From the NCBI GenBank assembly GCA_905331295.1, contig CAJNYD010000596.1, forward strand, positions 191,345 through 255,344: a stretch of DNA of 64,000 nucleotides, given 5' to 3'. Of the stretch, positions 39,350 through 51,812 are shown one piece after another. The notes under the pieces are model-generated. The model was not told the origin of the DNA, did no database searches, and saw nothing but the letters and a program-made list of their open reading frames with translations. The stretch is from Rotaria socialis. Its lineage: Eukaryota. The position numbers and the translations under genes were made by a program. Each line of letters begins with the position of its first letter. Position 1 is the stretch's first letter.

Positions 39350-41325
39350 ATGTTGAGGAATTCTCAACAATATTATTTGTTGACGAAAAGGAGTCGGCGT
39401 AGTGAACGATTGCATCCATATGGCTTCCTCATAATATCTAATTTTCAACCGAATCGGTAATTTTTGTTTTCTATTTAAAAAATGATTTATGCATCCACTT
39501 TATTTTTTCCTGTTTCAATAAAGATCATTTGTATTAACCAAAGGTCGATATAAAAAACCAGATCTTAATGCTCGAAATTATTATGATATTTTGGGTATAG
39601 AATCAACAGCTACACAAAAAGAAATACGTAAAGCATTTCTTAAATTATCAAAAGAAGTTAGTATATTGAAGGAATAAATATTCAAGTTATACGAAGAAAA
39701 ATTGCTTTGATTTGATTTTGTTAACGGAAAAAAAACAACTCGAAATTTCCAAGTAGAATCAGCATAATTATTCCTCAACTTCCTTATTATCATCATGTGA
39801 AGTTTAATAGTGTTTGAGACTTCTATCGGAAGGAGTTTCTCACTAAGCAATCATCAAAATCGTCTGTTCATGTTGACTTTTTGGATACGTGATGAGTTAA
39901 GTTGAATAATTGCATTAATAATAGCTGTATACTAAATATAAGAACCGAGTCGGTGTTTCCGTCTGGCGAAGGATAGACGAAGAAGTGAATAAGAACGACG
40001 ATTTATACCTATGTGCAATTACACAGTAGACTATTGTAAGTGAATCAGTAGAAATAGAATAATAGGTATATTCCAAACTTGATAAAAAAAGGCGTTTATC
40101 ATTTTGTCAAAATTTCTCATCGGGAATAAAATATAAATAGTGAAACGAAAGATTCCATTGAAGTTCTCCTTTAAATGCAAAAGCCTTGAAGATTTCCTGG
40201 CAACTGTTCAATCGATTCGATAGAATAAGTACCTGTGAAGCCACAGACATCCTATTAAGCTTTGATTTTTTCGAAGGCACCGCTTTTCACATGTGCTCAG
40301 CATTTATACCTAACTACCTTCATATTTATTTGTAAAACATGTCGTGTAATTAACTATGTGTGTTCATTGAGTTTGTCTCAAATGTAAAACTTTCCCATCC
40401 GACATTCTCTCTCTCATCTGTATGATATTCATTGAGGACTGTATCCTTTTTTATTCATATTGAATTTACTCTGATTTTTATGAAATATGAAGCAAAAAAT
40501 AAATCTTGCCTTTTGTTTTATGTAGTATCATCCGGATTCTAATGCAACTGATAAATCTCTTCATTCAAAATTTGTAAAAATCAATGAAGCTTTCAGTATC
40601 CTCAGTAAACAATCTACACGTACTACCTATGATCAAAGTAAGAAATTAGAAAAAGAAAATATTATTATTGGAAATAAAATATTTTCTCCATGGCAGATCT
40701 TAACCCTTCAACTACTTCTCGGTATCGACCTCATTCCGAACAATATTCATCACCCCGTCAACAACCATATGGATCTCCATTTGATTGGACATCTACAAAC
40801 TCCAGTGATCGAGGTGCCAATCAACAACGATGGAACACAAATGAATCAGACTGGTAAGAAGGTGCGTTTTTTGTCAATAATATTATGAAAGTAAAAACTT
40901 TATGTTTGATGTTTCTATTTTTTTTGCAGGGGACCACCGAAATTCGATAAAACGTTTTTCGATATGCTTCGTCGAAAAATGGAACAAGATCGAAAACGTG
41001 CAAATGAACATTCATTCAGATCATCATCGTCCAGTGCACTAGCTCATAGATATTTTGGTCCATTTTCCATTATTTCATTTCTTATTGGATTCGGGATTCT
41101 ACTACATGCATTGCAATGGCGGTAAAGAAAATTCGAACTGATTACTTTTTTAGAAATGATTAGTTTTTTTCTAGTATTGCAAGATACAGTGATCCGACAT
41201 TTGCTGTTGATCCACGAACTCGCAGTTATCATGCTTATCGTGAATGGCAACGATTGAGTGCGCTTGAAGGTGCTGAGTCAATACCGATGCGCGATAGTTC
41301 GAAACGGCGAGAGGAAGAAAAATAA
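39350..41325 (+). CDS. DnaJ (J-domain) protein with putative mitochondrial presequence and C-terminal TM helix (DNAJC4-like), 6 exons
   Basis: NYYDILGIESTATQKEIRKAFLKLSKE|YHPD...FVKINEAFSILSKQSTRTTYD. Arg/Ser-rich N-terminus MLRNSQQYYLLTKRSRRS. Hydrophobic FSIISFLIGFGILLHAL. Stop at 41325. Confidence 0.88.
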
Positions 41326-42116
41326 ATTTTCTTTTTTATATTATATTATTTAAACAAATGAAATGAAAATAAAAACTGTGCTAGCCCTATATTTTTGGAA
41401 AAAATAACTTCATACTTTTCTATTTCTGATTCAGCGTGATACCGCTGTTCAGTATCGTATGAGACCGCACAAAAATCTAGTGATTATGGAGTATTGCTTA
41501 CTCCCTGTTCAAAACTGTACCATTTTCCACCAGATAAAATCACTGTTTCTATAATAGATGCATATTGGAAAAAAAGATACTAAGACACGAACGGTTTTTA
41601 GGACTTATTTTTGTTTATGAATATTTCTATTGATTTTCGTAATTATCATTCACTCGAAATCAAAGTCATTTTAAGGGCTGTTTGCTCGCACCATTCAAAA
41701 CTTAACTGCACGCAAGCTAAAAAATTTATAGAGTAAGAAACTCGGATAAATTGATCAAAACAGTCATGGATGACTCACGAAAATATGTGATGTAGAATGA
41801 ACTCTTAGTTAAAATAGTAAATATTTGAGAGCGTCGCAGTATGAATTGCAAGTTTCCTTTTTCTCTTCCTTCTGATACAAAATGTTGGAGAATTCCAACA
41901 TTGTTACTCATATATATATATATATATCATAGCAGTCTCAGTACTTCTTCACATTTCTCCACGGTCAACTCATACTGCAAATAGAAATTTTGGTTGCTAA
42001 AGTAGGTACTCCTCTCGAATGCATTGGAGATAGAAAATAGTGAAATTGATCTCACAACTAAATGTTCGTCAATATCAGGTCACTATAATTTCGATTTTCA
42101 ATTTGCAGCAGTGAAT

Positions 42117-42458
42117 ATGTCGTATACGTATCATCAAGGTTCAGGCAAGTTTTGTAATGACAATAATGGTCAGTGCACACCATCCTACAGCGGATTCAAG
42201 GGAGAAAAAGATCAAAAAAAATCAAATCAAGGTCCGATTCCAGAAGGAAAGTATACAATCGCAAACGGTTGTGGTGATGCGCATCAGAGATGTAATTTGA
42301 CACCTGATTCATCAAATAATATGTTCGGACGGTCGGCTTTCCAAATTCATGGTGACAACGGCAAAGGGGACCAATCAGCGAGCCATGGGTGTATAATTTT
42401 AAATCAAGGTGATCGAGCTGGCTTGAAAAAAGATGACAAAATTACAGTTAAGAAATAA
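42117..42458 (+). CDS. Tlde1/DUF2778-like (YkuD L,D-transpeptidase-fold) protein of probable bacterial origin, 113 aa
   Basis: From ATG 42117: YTYHQGSG, YSG, GPIPEGKYTI, L.PDSSNNMFGRSAFQIHGD, SASHGCIIL. These are the characteristic DUF2778 motifs with the catalytic His and Cys. The ORF-track extension to 42024 overlaps a likely 5'UTR intron (gt 42006 ... ag 42108/42111). Confidence 0.82.
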   Translation: MSYTYHQGSGKFCNDNNGQCTPSYSGFKGEKDQKKSNQGPIPEGKYTIANGCGDAHQRCNLTPDSSNNMFGRSAFQIHGDNGKGDQSASHGCIILNQGDRAGLKKDDKITVKK

Positions 42459-43870
42459 TTACTCGATCAATGTACAAGAAAAAAAAAGAATCCATTGAAT
42501 AATTCTACTGTTATTTTCTTCATTAATAAATCAAAACTAAAAACATGTAGACCGGATTGATATTCTTCTATAATCCAATAAACAGAAAGAATAAAAATTA
42601 GTTCCAATCTAGAATCTGATAAATCGGAACAAAATTGAAGCCATAGTGTCTTGAAAAACGATGGAAATTTGAACATTTTTTAAGAAGATGTTGAATACTG
42701 AATCATGCATTGACCGTACATGATTTTGTGTTTCATTTGCTTCGAGAAATTTTCGACTAAATTTACTGCTATCGTCGTTATTGCAATAATACACACTATA
42801 GATGAGGGTGCTGCCATTTTTATGGAATATGTACTAAGAACGGATACGCGACAACCATTTATCATAGACAGTTAGTATGCGAAGTGGTGTGTACCTTAAG
42901 TTCTCATTCGGATGCCAATTTATAAGAGTATGTAGAGAATTCTCGAATCGAATTCAAAACAAATATCAAATATACATTAGAAGGTTGACGAGATTAAAGT
43001 AGCTCCTCTCGGGCAACGTTTTATTGAATACATGTGCGCGGTATAATTTTCAAGTTAGATGTCACTGATTGTCATTTTCCTTCTCGAATACACAGTGTTG
43101 CATTATTTGTTTTTGGAGAATAATTCAAATTAAAAAAGCAAGCAGTGCTGAACGAATAGCAGACGCAAAATAGGTGGTATATTGACTTCTTTTTCTTAAT
43201 TGTTTGCCTGAAGCTAAGCATGCAGAATTAATTTGAAAAGAAGAATACAATAAGTAGGCAAACAAGTATTTAACCTGTAACATGCAAACAAATTCAGAAT
43301 GTTGTAAAAGTCAGTTATCCTCCGTAACCAATCAAAACATTCACACGAGATTTTTACGACTATACGACCGAATGCATAACTTTGAATAACTAGGCAAAAT
43401 AAGACTGTTATTATTATTCATATAAAAGTAGACCGTTCTTTTTATACTACAGTAAAAAAATTGCTACTTCCTTTTTTTCTTTTGTGCCACTGGTTACTAT
43501 GTAAATTACCTATTTAAATTGCATGGAATGATCTCAAGAGAAAGCGAACATCAAACAGTAGGAAGGTGAGGACATGCGACGTTTTACTTGTATTTTTTTT
43601 ACAATACAAAAGTATAGAGAAAGGTAAGAATTTTCGTCACACAAGTTAAAATTTTACAATCCATAGTTAAGTGTTTTTCGTGATGGGTTCATAATTATGA
43701 GAAAAACCGACAATTTTTGAAGACATCTAGTCACTCCAATATCATAGCACAAGAAACACAACTTGCCAGTCATCAATAACTCCTTCGACATGTCTGAAAG
43801 CATATAAATAGAAACGTTTCTCATGCAGAATTGTTTTGATTTTAGATTTTCATACACTTACTTCAGCGAC

Positions 43871-46262
43871 ATGGGCGTCATACTTCCAAAGCCACGTGGA
43901 CAAAGAAACTGCGCAAATAAAAAAAATTCAATTAAATATTGCGAAGGAAAGATTGTTCAAAATTTTGTTCTTATTTGGTTAGATACAGGTATAACTGAAA
44001 TGCAAAAAGATTGCCCCTATACTATTTCTGAATTGAACAAAATCTATAATTCAATTACACTATATACTGATTTGGATGATTGTCGCAAATTCATTGAAAA
44101 GCCACGAGATGAACAAATATTTCTTATTGTATCCGGAAAACTTGGAGAAAAACTAGTACCACTTGTTCACAAGTACGCTCGACTCGATTCCATTTATGTA
44201 TTTTGTGGCCAACCGGATGCTCACAAATGGACTCAACAATGGAAAAAGATAAAACTTGTTGTCAATCAAATTGAACCTATTTGTGAAGCCCTCGTAATCG
44301 ATGCTGCANAAATTCATTGAAAAGCCACGAGATGAACAAATATTTCTTATTGTATCCGGAAAACTTGGAGAAAAACTAGTACCACTTGTTCACAAGTACG
44401 CTCGACTCGATTCCATTTATGTATTTTGTGGCCAACCGGATGCTCACAAATGGACTCAACAATGGAAAAAGATAAAACTTGTTGTCAATCAAATTGAACC
44501 TATTTGTGAAGCCCTCGTAATCGATGCTGCACAATGTGAAGAAGATTTAACCCCAACCAGTATTTTGCCGTTGAACGAATCTTCGAGTCAATCGTTAGAA
44601 CAAATTAATGCGTCATTTATGTATTCGCAATTGATAAACGAAATTCTTTTGCAAATGAACTATAATACACGAGAAATAGACGTCCTGGTTGATTTTTGTC
44701 GACAAATTTACAAGGAAAATGAGGCTCAACTAAACATTATAAATGAGTTCCGAATTCATTATCAAAAGGAAACATCTATATGGTGGTACACTCGTGAATG
44801 CTTTGCATATCGAATGCTCAATCGTAGTTTGAGAACGTTTGATATTAATATTATTTCTATGATGGGCTTCTTCTTGAAAGATATTCACAATCAAATCAAA
44901 GACATAAATTCAAAAATATCCAAGCGAACCGGACCATTCGTCGTTTATCGAGGTCAAGGAATGTTAAACGAAGAATTCGAAACAATACGCAATAGCATTG
45001 GTGGTCTATTGGCATTCAATAGCTTTCTTTCAACCAGTGAGGATATGAATGTTGCTATGAAATTTGCACAAAAGTCTGCAGGTCGAGAGGGTAAAGCCTC
45101 TGTTCTATTTGAAATAGAAGTTGATCCAGCGTTAACATTGACTCCATACGCTTCGCTAGATAATGTTATTACGTGTCAACCCAAGGAAAAAGAAATTCTC
45201 TTCTCAATGGATACCGTGTTTCGCATCTATGAAGTCAAGGAAGATAATGATCATATCTGGAAAATTAAGCTGAAATCAGTAAGCGATAAAGACTTGGCAA
45301 TAACACGATTAACCGAACAAATTAGATCAGAAATTGGCGAGGGGAGCCCAATCGATCGATTAGGTCGACTAATGATTAAATTAGACGAGTTTGAAAAAGC
45401 TGAAGCATTCTATCAAATATTAGCTGAATCGACAACCACAGATGATAAGAAAAAATATGCTTGGATACGTAATCAATTTGGATATATTAGATATAAACAA
45501 GGCAGGTATAAGGACGCTCTCTCATTGTATCAAGAAGCAATGCAAATTCAAGAGAAATTGAATGATGGAAGGAATCTTGATCTAGCAACTACATATAATA
45601 ATATGGGACTTCTGTATACAGAATTGAATGACACTTCTAAAGCACTTTCATATCACGAAAAGGCACTTTCCATACGAGAAAGAGATTGCGATGTAAGCCT
45701 TGCAGATTTAGCCTCAACTTATAACAATATCGGACTCGTATATGATCAACGAAATGATTTTTCAGCTGCATTATCACACTATGGAAAGGCACTCCCAATA
45801 TATAAAAAATGTCTCCCAGTCAATCATCCTTGGGAGGCGACGCTTTATTATAATATCGGCCTTGCTGAAGTATTATTGGGGAAACACATGGTGGGACTTG
45901 AAAATCTGCAGAAAGCAAGAAACATACGGAAAATATCATTACCATCTAACCATCCATCGATAGCATCTGTATGCAATAGCATCGGTGATACATATCAAGA
46001 AATAAGAGATTATCCAAATGCACTCAAATTTTATGAAGAGGCATTAGATGTTGGAAGTCGGGTTTCACATGTCAATTACTCAAATTTAGCTTTAACTTAT
46101 TACAGAGCGTCAAAAATATTGGACAATCTCAAACAACTTGATAAAGCGCTAGAATATGCTGAACTTGCTGTGAAAACAGTTGACAAGTCATGCACACCAA
46201 ATGATACAGATAAAGTAAGGTTTAAAGAACATTTGGAACAACTTCAAACAAGACAATCATGA
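43871..46262 (+). CDS. Receiver-like + ART + TPR protein, tandem copy 1 (frame broken by an assembly join at N44309)
   Basis: ATG 43871 (MGVILPK). Motifs VLIWLD, VYRGQ, FLSTS, EKEILF and TPRs. Removing the duplicated 222 bp plus the N joins the two ORFs into one protein colinear with 48967-51132. Confidence 0.85.
44087..44531. other. Assembly artefact: exact 222-bp direct duplication around a single N
   Basis: 44087-44308 is repeated at 44310-44531 with N at 44309, typical of unmerged contig overlap. Confidence 0.85.
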
Positions 46263-48966
46263 ATAAGTATCAGATATACTACTTATGATAATAAATGTGG
46301 ATGTTATTTTTCTCCTCATCCAAACATTCGTTTGCATTTTGAATTTTTTGGAATACTTTTCATTTAAACGTAAGAGTCTTCATGAAAAAATAATGATAAC
46401 TTGTAATTACAAATGATTGTTTCCTTTTTTTTTGGTGTGATATCAATTTTTTATTAATGTGTTGCAAAGAAAGGCATTTATGTATCCGTCCATTTTGCTT
46501 TTTTTTGGATGTATACATCAATAATTCTTGTGTTGGGCCTCGATGGTTTTGAGAGTAGAAAGCCAGAGAATATTGCATTAAGAACAGGAATAAAATTTGA
46601 AGGTTAAAGCATACAAATTAGTTTCTTCACTCATCAGATGTGGTGTTCGATTTCTTTACCAATTTTCATGTAAAAACAGTTGATTCGACAAAATTGCTTA
46701 CAAAGTACTGGTAGAGAAAAAAGTTTCAATACTTCAATGATTTTGAATGCCCAACTGTGAATAAACTAAGACAATGTCCTGAATTTGACAAAAGATTTAT
46801 TTGTCTCGAAGTCGAATTGGTGAACTTGGCATAGTTGCAGAACGATTAAAATCTCGTTCTGGTTTGAGTTGTGAAATATCATGAACAACTCAAAAAATTA
46901 GTGGTATACCATCCTCTTTAAAATGCTGATCATACACATTCAACAACAGTTTAAAAGGATATTTTAATACATTTTCCGGAATCAATTAATGGTTTCCCAT
47001 TAATAAGTAATTATCTTAACGCAACTGATGTAATTGGGTACATTAAATTATCAAAGGAGTTTGTCTGGGACAAGAACTTATGACTAAAGAAAATCGTTTA
47101 CTACCCCTCATGAAAGCGTTTTCCTATTAAGACTCCAACGTTGCCAGGGGCGGCTGAGCGTCATTAGGCTAGGTGAGGCCATAATATTTTTTTTCTGCAG
47201 TGGAATTTTATCAAAGTATCAAGCAAAAACTAAGTCTCCTTTTTATTGAACTTCAGTAAAAATAAAAACAGTCAGCACGAAAAGAAGATTAGGAAATACC
47301 AAAAAATACTGTTCCTTGCTCCTGCTTTGATGCAAAAGTCGAACACTAACTTTTCAAGTCAATAGAACGGCTTATCAACGTAATGTCATGTTTAGATGAG
47401 CAAATTATTCAAAATTCTTTTCCAGACTAAGCGATCTTTACAGATCATTAGATGCTTCTTTTAAGCTGATTATGTATCAAGTAGTATTTTCCTAGAAAAA
47501 ACGCAACTTTGGCTTCGTAAATTGTATTTGAGGCTTTCAAAATTCGTATTTTGAATTTTTAAACATAGCCTTTTGGGCAAATGCTACTCACTATGCCATT
47601 CGCTACGAAATTGCCAGGAATAGGTGGGAATTTGTTTCGGCAATTCCGGAGCTGTGCCGGAAGTAATAAACGGAATTCCGGAAATTAGATGTAATTTGTT
47701 CCGGAATGTTCAACATTGCGGAATAGGATGTATTCTCACCTCACGGGTCTCAGTGGCTCCGCCGCCGCTGGGTTTCGTAGCTTATGCAAAACTTAAAAAG
47801 GTTTCGTAGAGTTCCTATTTCTTTTAGAGTATACAACGAAAGAGTCATAGTGGCAATATCAATAAGTCGAACGGCTTTCAAGGATATATGCACTACACTA
47901 GGGAGGGGGGGGGCTTTGATCAAGCGCTCACACCCATTCATCGTAAACAGCTAGCATCTGAAATCTTTTTTATCGGAAAGAGCTGCGTCTTGTCTCGATC
48001 AATGGGATTGCTTAGAAAGTTCTGCTAAATCAAATCATCGTACGATAGAAGAACCAAAATTCATCATCGCTATAAACATGTGCTCCTGTTTGTGTTTGTT
48101 GTATTCAATTCATAAAGACGAGAGCGATTCGCCGAGTCATTTGAAATTCATCGACCATTAACTTTACCTATTCGCGTGCATTTTTTTTTCTATAAAAATC
48201 TAAATGAAAAATGCAGACACTCCAAAACAATGTACAGCTGCAACATAGATGATATTGTGAAGTGTTTTGCTCCATTATTTGCCTCAAAATATGAAGCTAC
48301 ATGGGAAAGGGAACATTTGATGGGGCGCGAAGATGTATAAATTTGAATATACTATAGAATTTGAAATATTTTATATTTCAATTCGTCATTATAAGCAATC
48401 AAATTAGTCTTCGACGTTTTGTTGTAAAGCACAAGAGTGGGTGTGAATTTGATCGTCTTTTACGTAAAAATGAGGCACACATTCACACCCAACCATTCAC
48501 GCACACGAAAAACAAATTCACTCTGTGTTGCAAAAAGCAACACAGTCACTTATTTTTCTATTCTGAACTTTATGTTTCAATGGTGTATAAGAATTCAGTG
48601 AAATGTGTGCGATGCTTTCAAGAGAAAGTCAACGCCGACTATTTCAAGGTAGATGCATCTCAAGTTGTTTTTGCATTTCATTTTCTACGACACGCTGCAG
48701 AGAAAGGCAGAATTTTTTCTCGCATCAGTTACCATTTTAAGGTTTGTAGTACTGTCTTTTTTTGCGATGGATTTAATACTTGACAGTCATAGATTCTCGT
48801 TCTTCTATACTGATAAATAGAAAGCGTACGTATGCAATCGATTCTACGATAAAAATGAATCGAAATATTCATTTGACGTGATCGAGAAGAACATATTATC
48901 ATTCGCAAACTGTAGTACCATTGTTCTTTTTTTAATTAGAGATATTAATACCTCAAGTGTGACGAT

Positions 48967-51132
48967 ATGGGAATGGGAAACAGTACACCAAAACCAGTTT
49001 CACGGAGAACGCGTGCAAATACAAATAATTCAATTAAATATTGCGAAGGAAAGATTGTTCAAAATTTTGTTCTCATTTGGTTAGATTCGACTATCGATAT
49101 GATGCAACAAGACTGCCAGTATACTATGGCTGAATTATACAAAATCTGTAATTCAATTACATTATTTACTGATTTGGAAGAGTGTCGTAAATTCATTGAA
49201 AAGCCACGAGATGAACAAATATTTCTTATTGTATCCGGAAAACTTGGAGAAAAACTAGTACCACTTGTTCACAAGTACGCTCGACTCGATTCCATTTATG
49301 TATTTTGTGGCCAACCGGATGCTCACAAATGGACTCAACAATGGAAAAAGATAAAACTTGTTGTCAATCAAATTGAACCTATTTGTGAAGCCCTCGTAAT
49401 CGATGCTGCACAATGTGAAGAAGATTTAACCCCAACCAGTATTTTGCCGTTGAACGAATCTTCGAGTCAATCGTTAGAACAAATTAATGCGTCATTTATG
49501 TATTCGCAATTGATAAACGAAATTCTTTTGCAAATGAACTATAATACACGAGAAATAGACGTCCTGGTTGATTTTTGTCGACAAATTTACAAGGAAAATG
49601 AGGCTCAACTAAACATTATAAATGAGTTCCGAATTCATTATCAAAAGGAAACATCTATATGGTGGTACACTCGTGAATGCTTTGCATATCGAATGCTCAA
49701 TCGTAGTTTGAGAACGTTTGATATTAATATTATTTCTATGATGGGCTTCTTCTTGAAAGATATTCACAATCAAATCAAAGACATAAATTCAAAAATATCC
49801 AAGCGAACCGGACCATTCGTCGTTTATCGAGGTCAAGGAATGTTAAACGAAGAATTCGAAACAATACGCAATAGCATTGGTGGTCTATTGGCATTCAATA
49901 GCTTTCTTTCAACCAGTGAGGATATGAATGTTGCTATGAAATTTGCACAAAAGTCTGCAGGTCGAGAGGGTAAAGCCTCTGTTCTATTTGAAATAGAAGT
50001 TGATCCAGCGTTAACATTGACTCCATACGCTTCGCTAGATAATGTTATTACGTGTCAACCCAAGGAAAAAGAAATTCTCTTCTCAATGGATACCGTGTTT
50101 CGCATCTATGAAGTCAAGGAAGATAATGATCATATCTGGAAAATTAAGCTGAAATCAGTAAGCGATAAAGACTTGGCAATAACACGATTAACCGAACAAA
50201 TTAGATCAGAAATTGGCGAGGGGAGCCCAATCGATCGATTAGGTCGACTAATGATTAAATTAGACGAGTTTGAAAAAGCTGAAGCATTCTATCAAATATT
50301 AGCTGAATCGACAACCACAGATGATAAGAAAAAATATGCTTGGATACGTAATCAATTTGGATATATTAGATATAAACAAGGCAGGTATAAGGACGCTCTC
50401 TCATTGTATCAAGAAGCAATGCAAATTCAAGAGAAATTGAATGATGGAAGGAATCTTGATCTAGCAACTACATATAATAATATGGGACTTCTGTATACAG
50501 AATTGAATGACACTTCTAAAGCACTTTCATATCACGAAAAGGCACTTTCCATACGAGAAAGAGATTGCGATGTAAGCCTTGCAGATTTAGCCTCAACTTA
50601 TAACAATATCGGACTCGTATATGATCAACGAAATGATTTTTCAGCTGCATTATCACACTATGAAAAGGCACTCCCAATATATAAAAGATGTCTCCCAGCC
50701 AATCATCCTTGGGAGGCTACGCTTTATAATAATATTGGCCTGACTGAAGTATCACTGGGCGAACACATGGTGGGACTTGAAAATCTGCAGAAAGCAAGAA
50801 AAGTACGAAAAAGATCATTACCATCTAATCATCCATCGATAGCATCTGTATGCAACAGCATCGGTGATGCATATCAAAAAATAAAAGATTATCTAAATGC
50901 ACTCAAATTTTATGAAGAAGCATTTGATGTTGAAAGTCGAGTTACGCATGTCAATTACTCATATTTAGCTTTAACTTATTACAGAGCGTCAAAAATATTG
51001 GACAATCTCGAACAACTTGATAAAGCGCTAAAATATGCTGAAGTTGCTGTGAAAACAGTTGACAAGTCATGCACACCAAATGATACAGATAAAGTAAGGT
51101 TTAAAGAACATTTGGAAAAACTTCAAGCATGA
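48967..51132 (+). CDS. Receiver-like + ART + TPR protein, tandem copy 2
   Basis: 721-aa intact ORF with the same motifs (VYRGQ, FLSTS, EKEILF) and about six TPRs. N-terminus MGMGNS. Confidence 0.92.
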   Translation: MGMGNSTPKPVSRRTRANTNNSIKYCEGKIVQNFVLIWLDSTIDMMQQDCQYTMAELYKICNSITLFTDLEECRKFIEKPRDEQIFLIVSGKLGEKLVPLVHKYARLDSIYVFCGQPDAHKWTQQWKKIKLVVNQIEPICEALVIDAAQCEEDLTPTSILPLNESSSQSLEQINASFMYSQLINEILLQMNYNTREIDVLVDFCRQIYKENEAQLNIINEFRIHYQKETSIWWYTRECFAYRMLNRSLRTFDINIISMMGFFLKDIHNQIKDINSKISKRTGPFVVYRGQGMLNEEFETIRNSIGGLLAFNSFLSTSEDMNVAMKFAQKSAGREGKASVLFEIEVDPALTLTPYASLDNVITCQPKEKEILFSMDTVFRIYEVKEDNDHIWKIKLKSVSDKDLAITRLTEQIRSEIGEGSPIDRLGRLMIKLDEFEKAEAFYQILAESTTTDDKKKYAWIRNQFGYIRYKQGRYKDALSLYQEAMQIQEKLNDGRNLDLATTYNNMGLLYTELNDTSKALSYHEKALSIRERDCDVSLADLASTYNNIGLVYDQRNDFSAALSHYEKALPIYKRCLPANHPWEATLYNNIGLTEVSLGEHMVGLENLQKARKVRKRSLPSNHPSIASVCNSIGDAYQKIKDYLNALKFYEEAFDVESRVTHVNYSYLALTYYRASKILDNLEQLDKALKYAEVAVKTVDKSCTPNDTDKVRFKEHLEKLQA

Positions 51133-51812
51133 TGATCATGACTATACTTTATAGAAACACGTATAAATCTGATTTTCCATCTTATCGCTATTCTCATATT
51201 CGCATGGAAATCTTAATTTTATTCATAAGTAAAAGAAAATGATCTTGTAGTTTTACACACTGATGTAAATAAAATTATGTCTAGAAAAAGCTTATGTTGC
51301 TTCAGCATTTCCAAAACTATTTTAGCTTTTTTTGCATCCTGTTTTCTGCATTAATTTGAAACGTAACATGCTTATTGGACTCTCACAGAACATGCATTAT
51401 TTAGATGAGCGTGTGATGGTAACCATCATGTATATTGGCGTGCGAAGATGAAGCGGAAAGATCAAGAAAAAAATTGTGAATACAATCCCGTATTTTTTCA
51501 TGCAGATGTATCCATCAGGCCTATTTGAATATCTTTCACAACTAAATGCTGAGGTTTTTTCCTACAATATATTTTTTATACATTTGAATGTTTTGGCGTA
51601 CGTCAAGCACATGCGTATGTTACTTCTTTCTTTTCTCGATCAAAGAAAAAAAAACTGTTTCTAAAAAAAGAAACAATTTTCTCTCTTTCTTCCGACTTCC
51701 AGTCGATGTGGCTACCATTGACATGACTCCAAAAGAGCACATTATAAATGATGAAATCGTTGACGATTAAATTTGCCAAAAAAGCAAGATCAGAAATTAT
51801 TCTTTGTTAGAT

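Noticed and set aside
42024..42116. N-terminal extension or signal peptide of the Tlde1-like ORF
   Set aside because: Starts at TTG, is not hydrophobic and ends in a pyrimidine-rich cag acceptor; more likely a 5'UTR intron.
43823..44320. Separate 165-aa gene or programmed frameshift upstream of the 653-aa ART ORF
   Set aside because: Explained by an exact 222-bp overlap around N44309, an assembly join.
47145..47770. Possible hAT element (caggggcggctgagc / ggctccgccgccgctg)
   Set aside because: TIR match is imperfect and there is no TSD; probably an old element, but not supportable.
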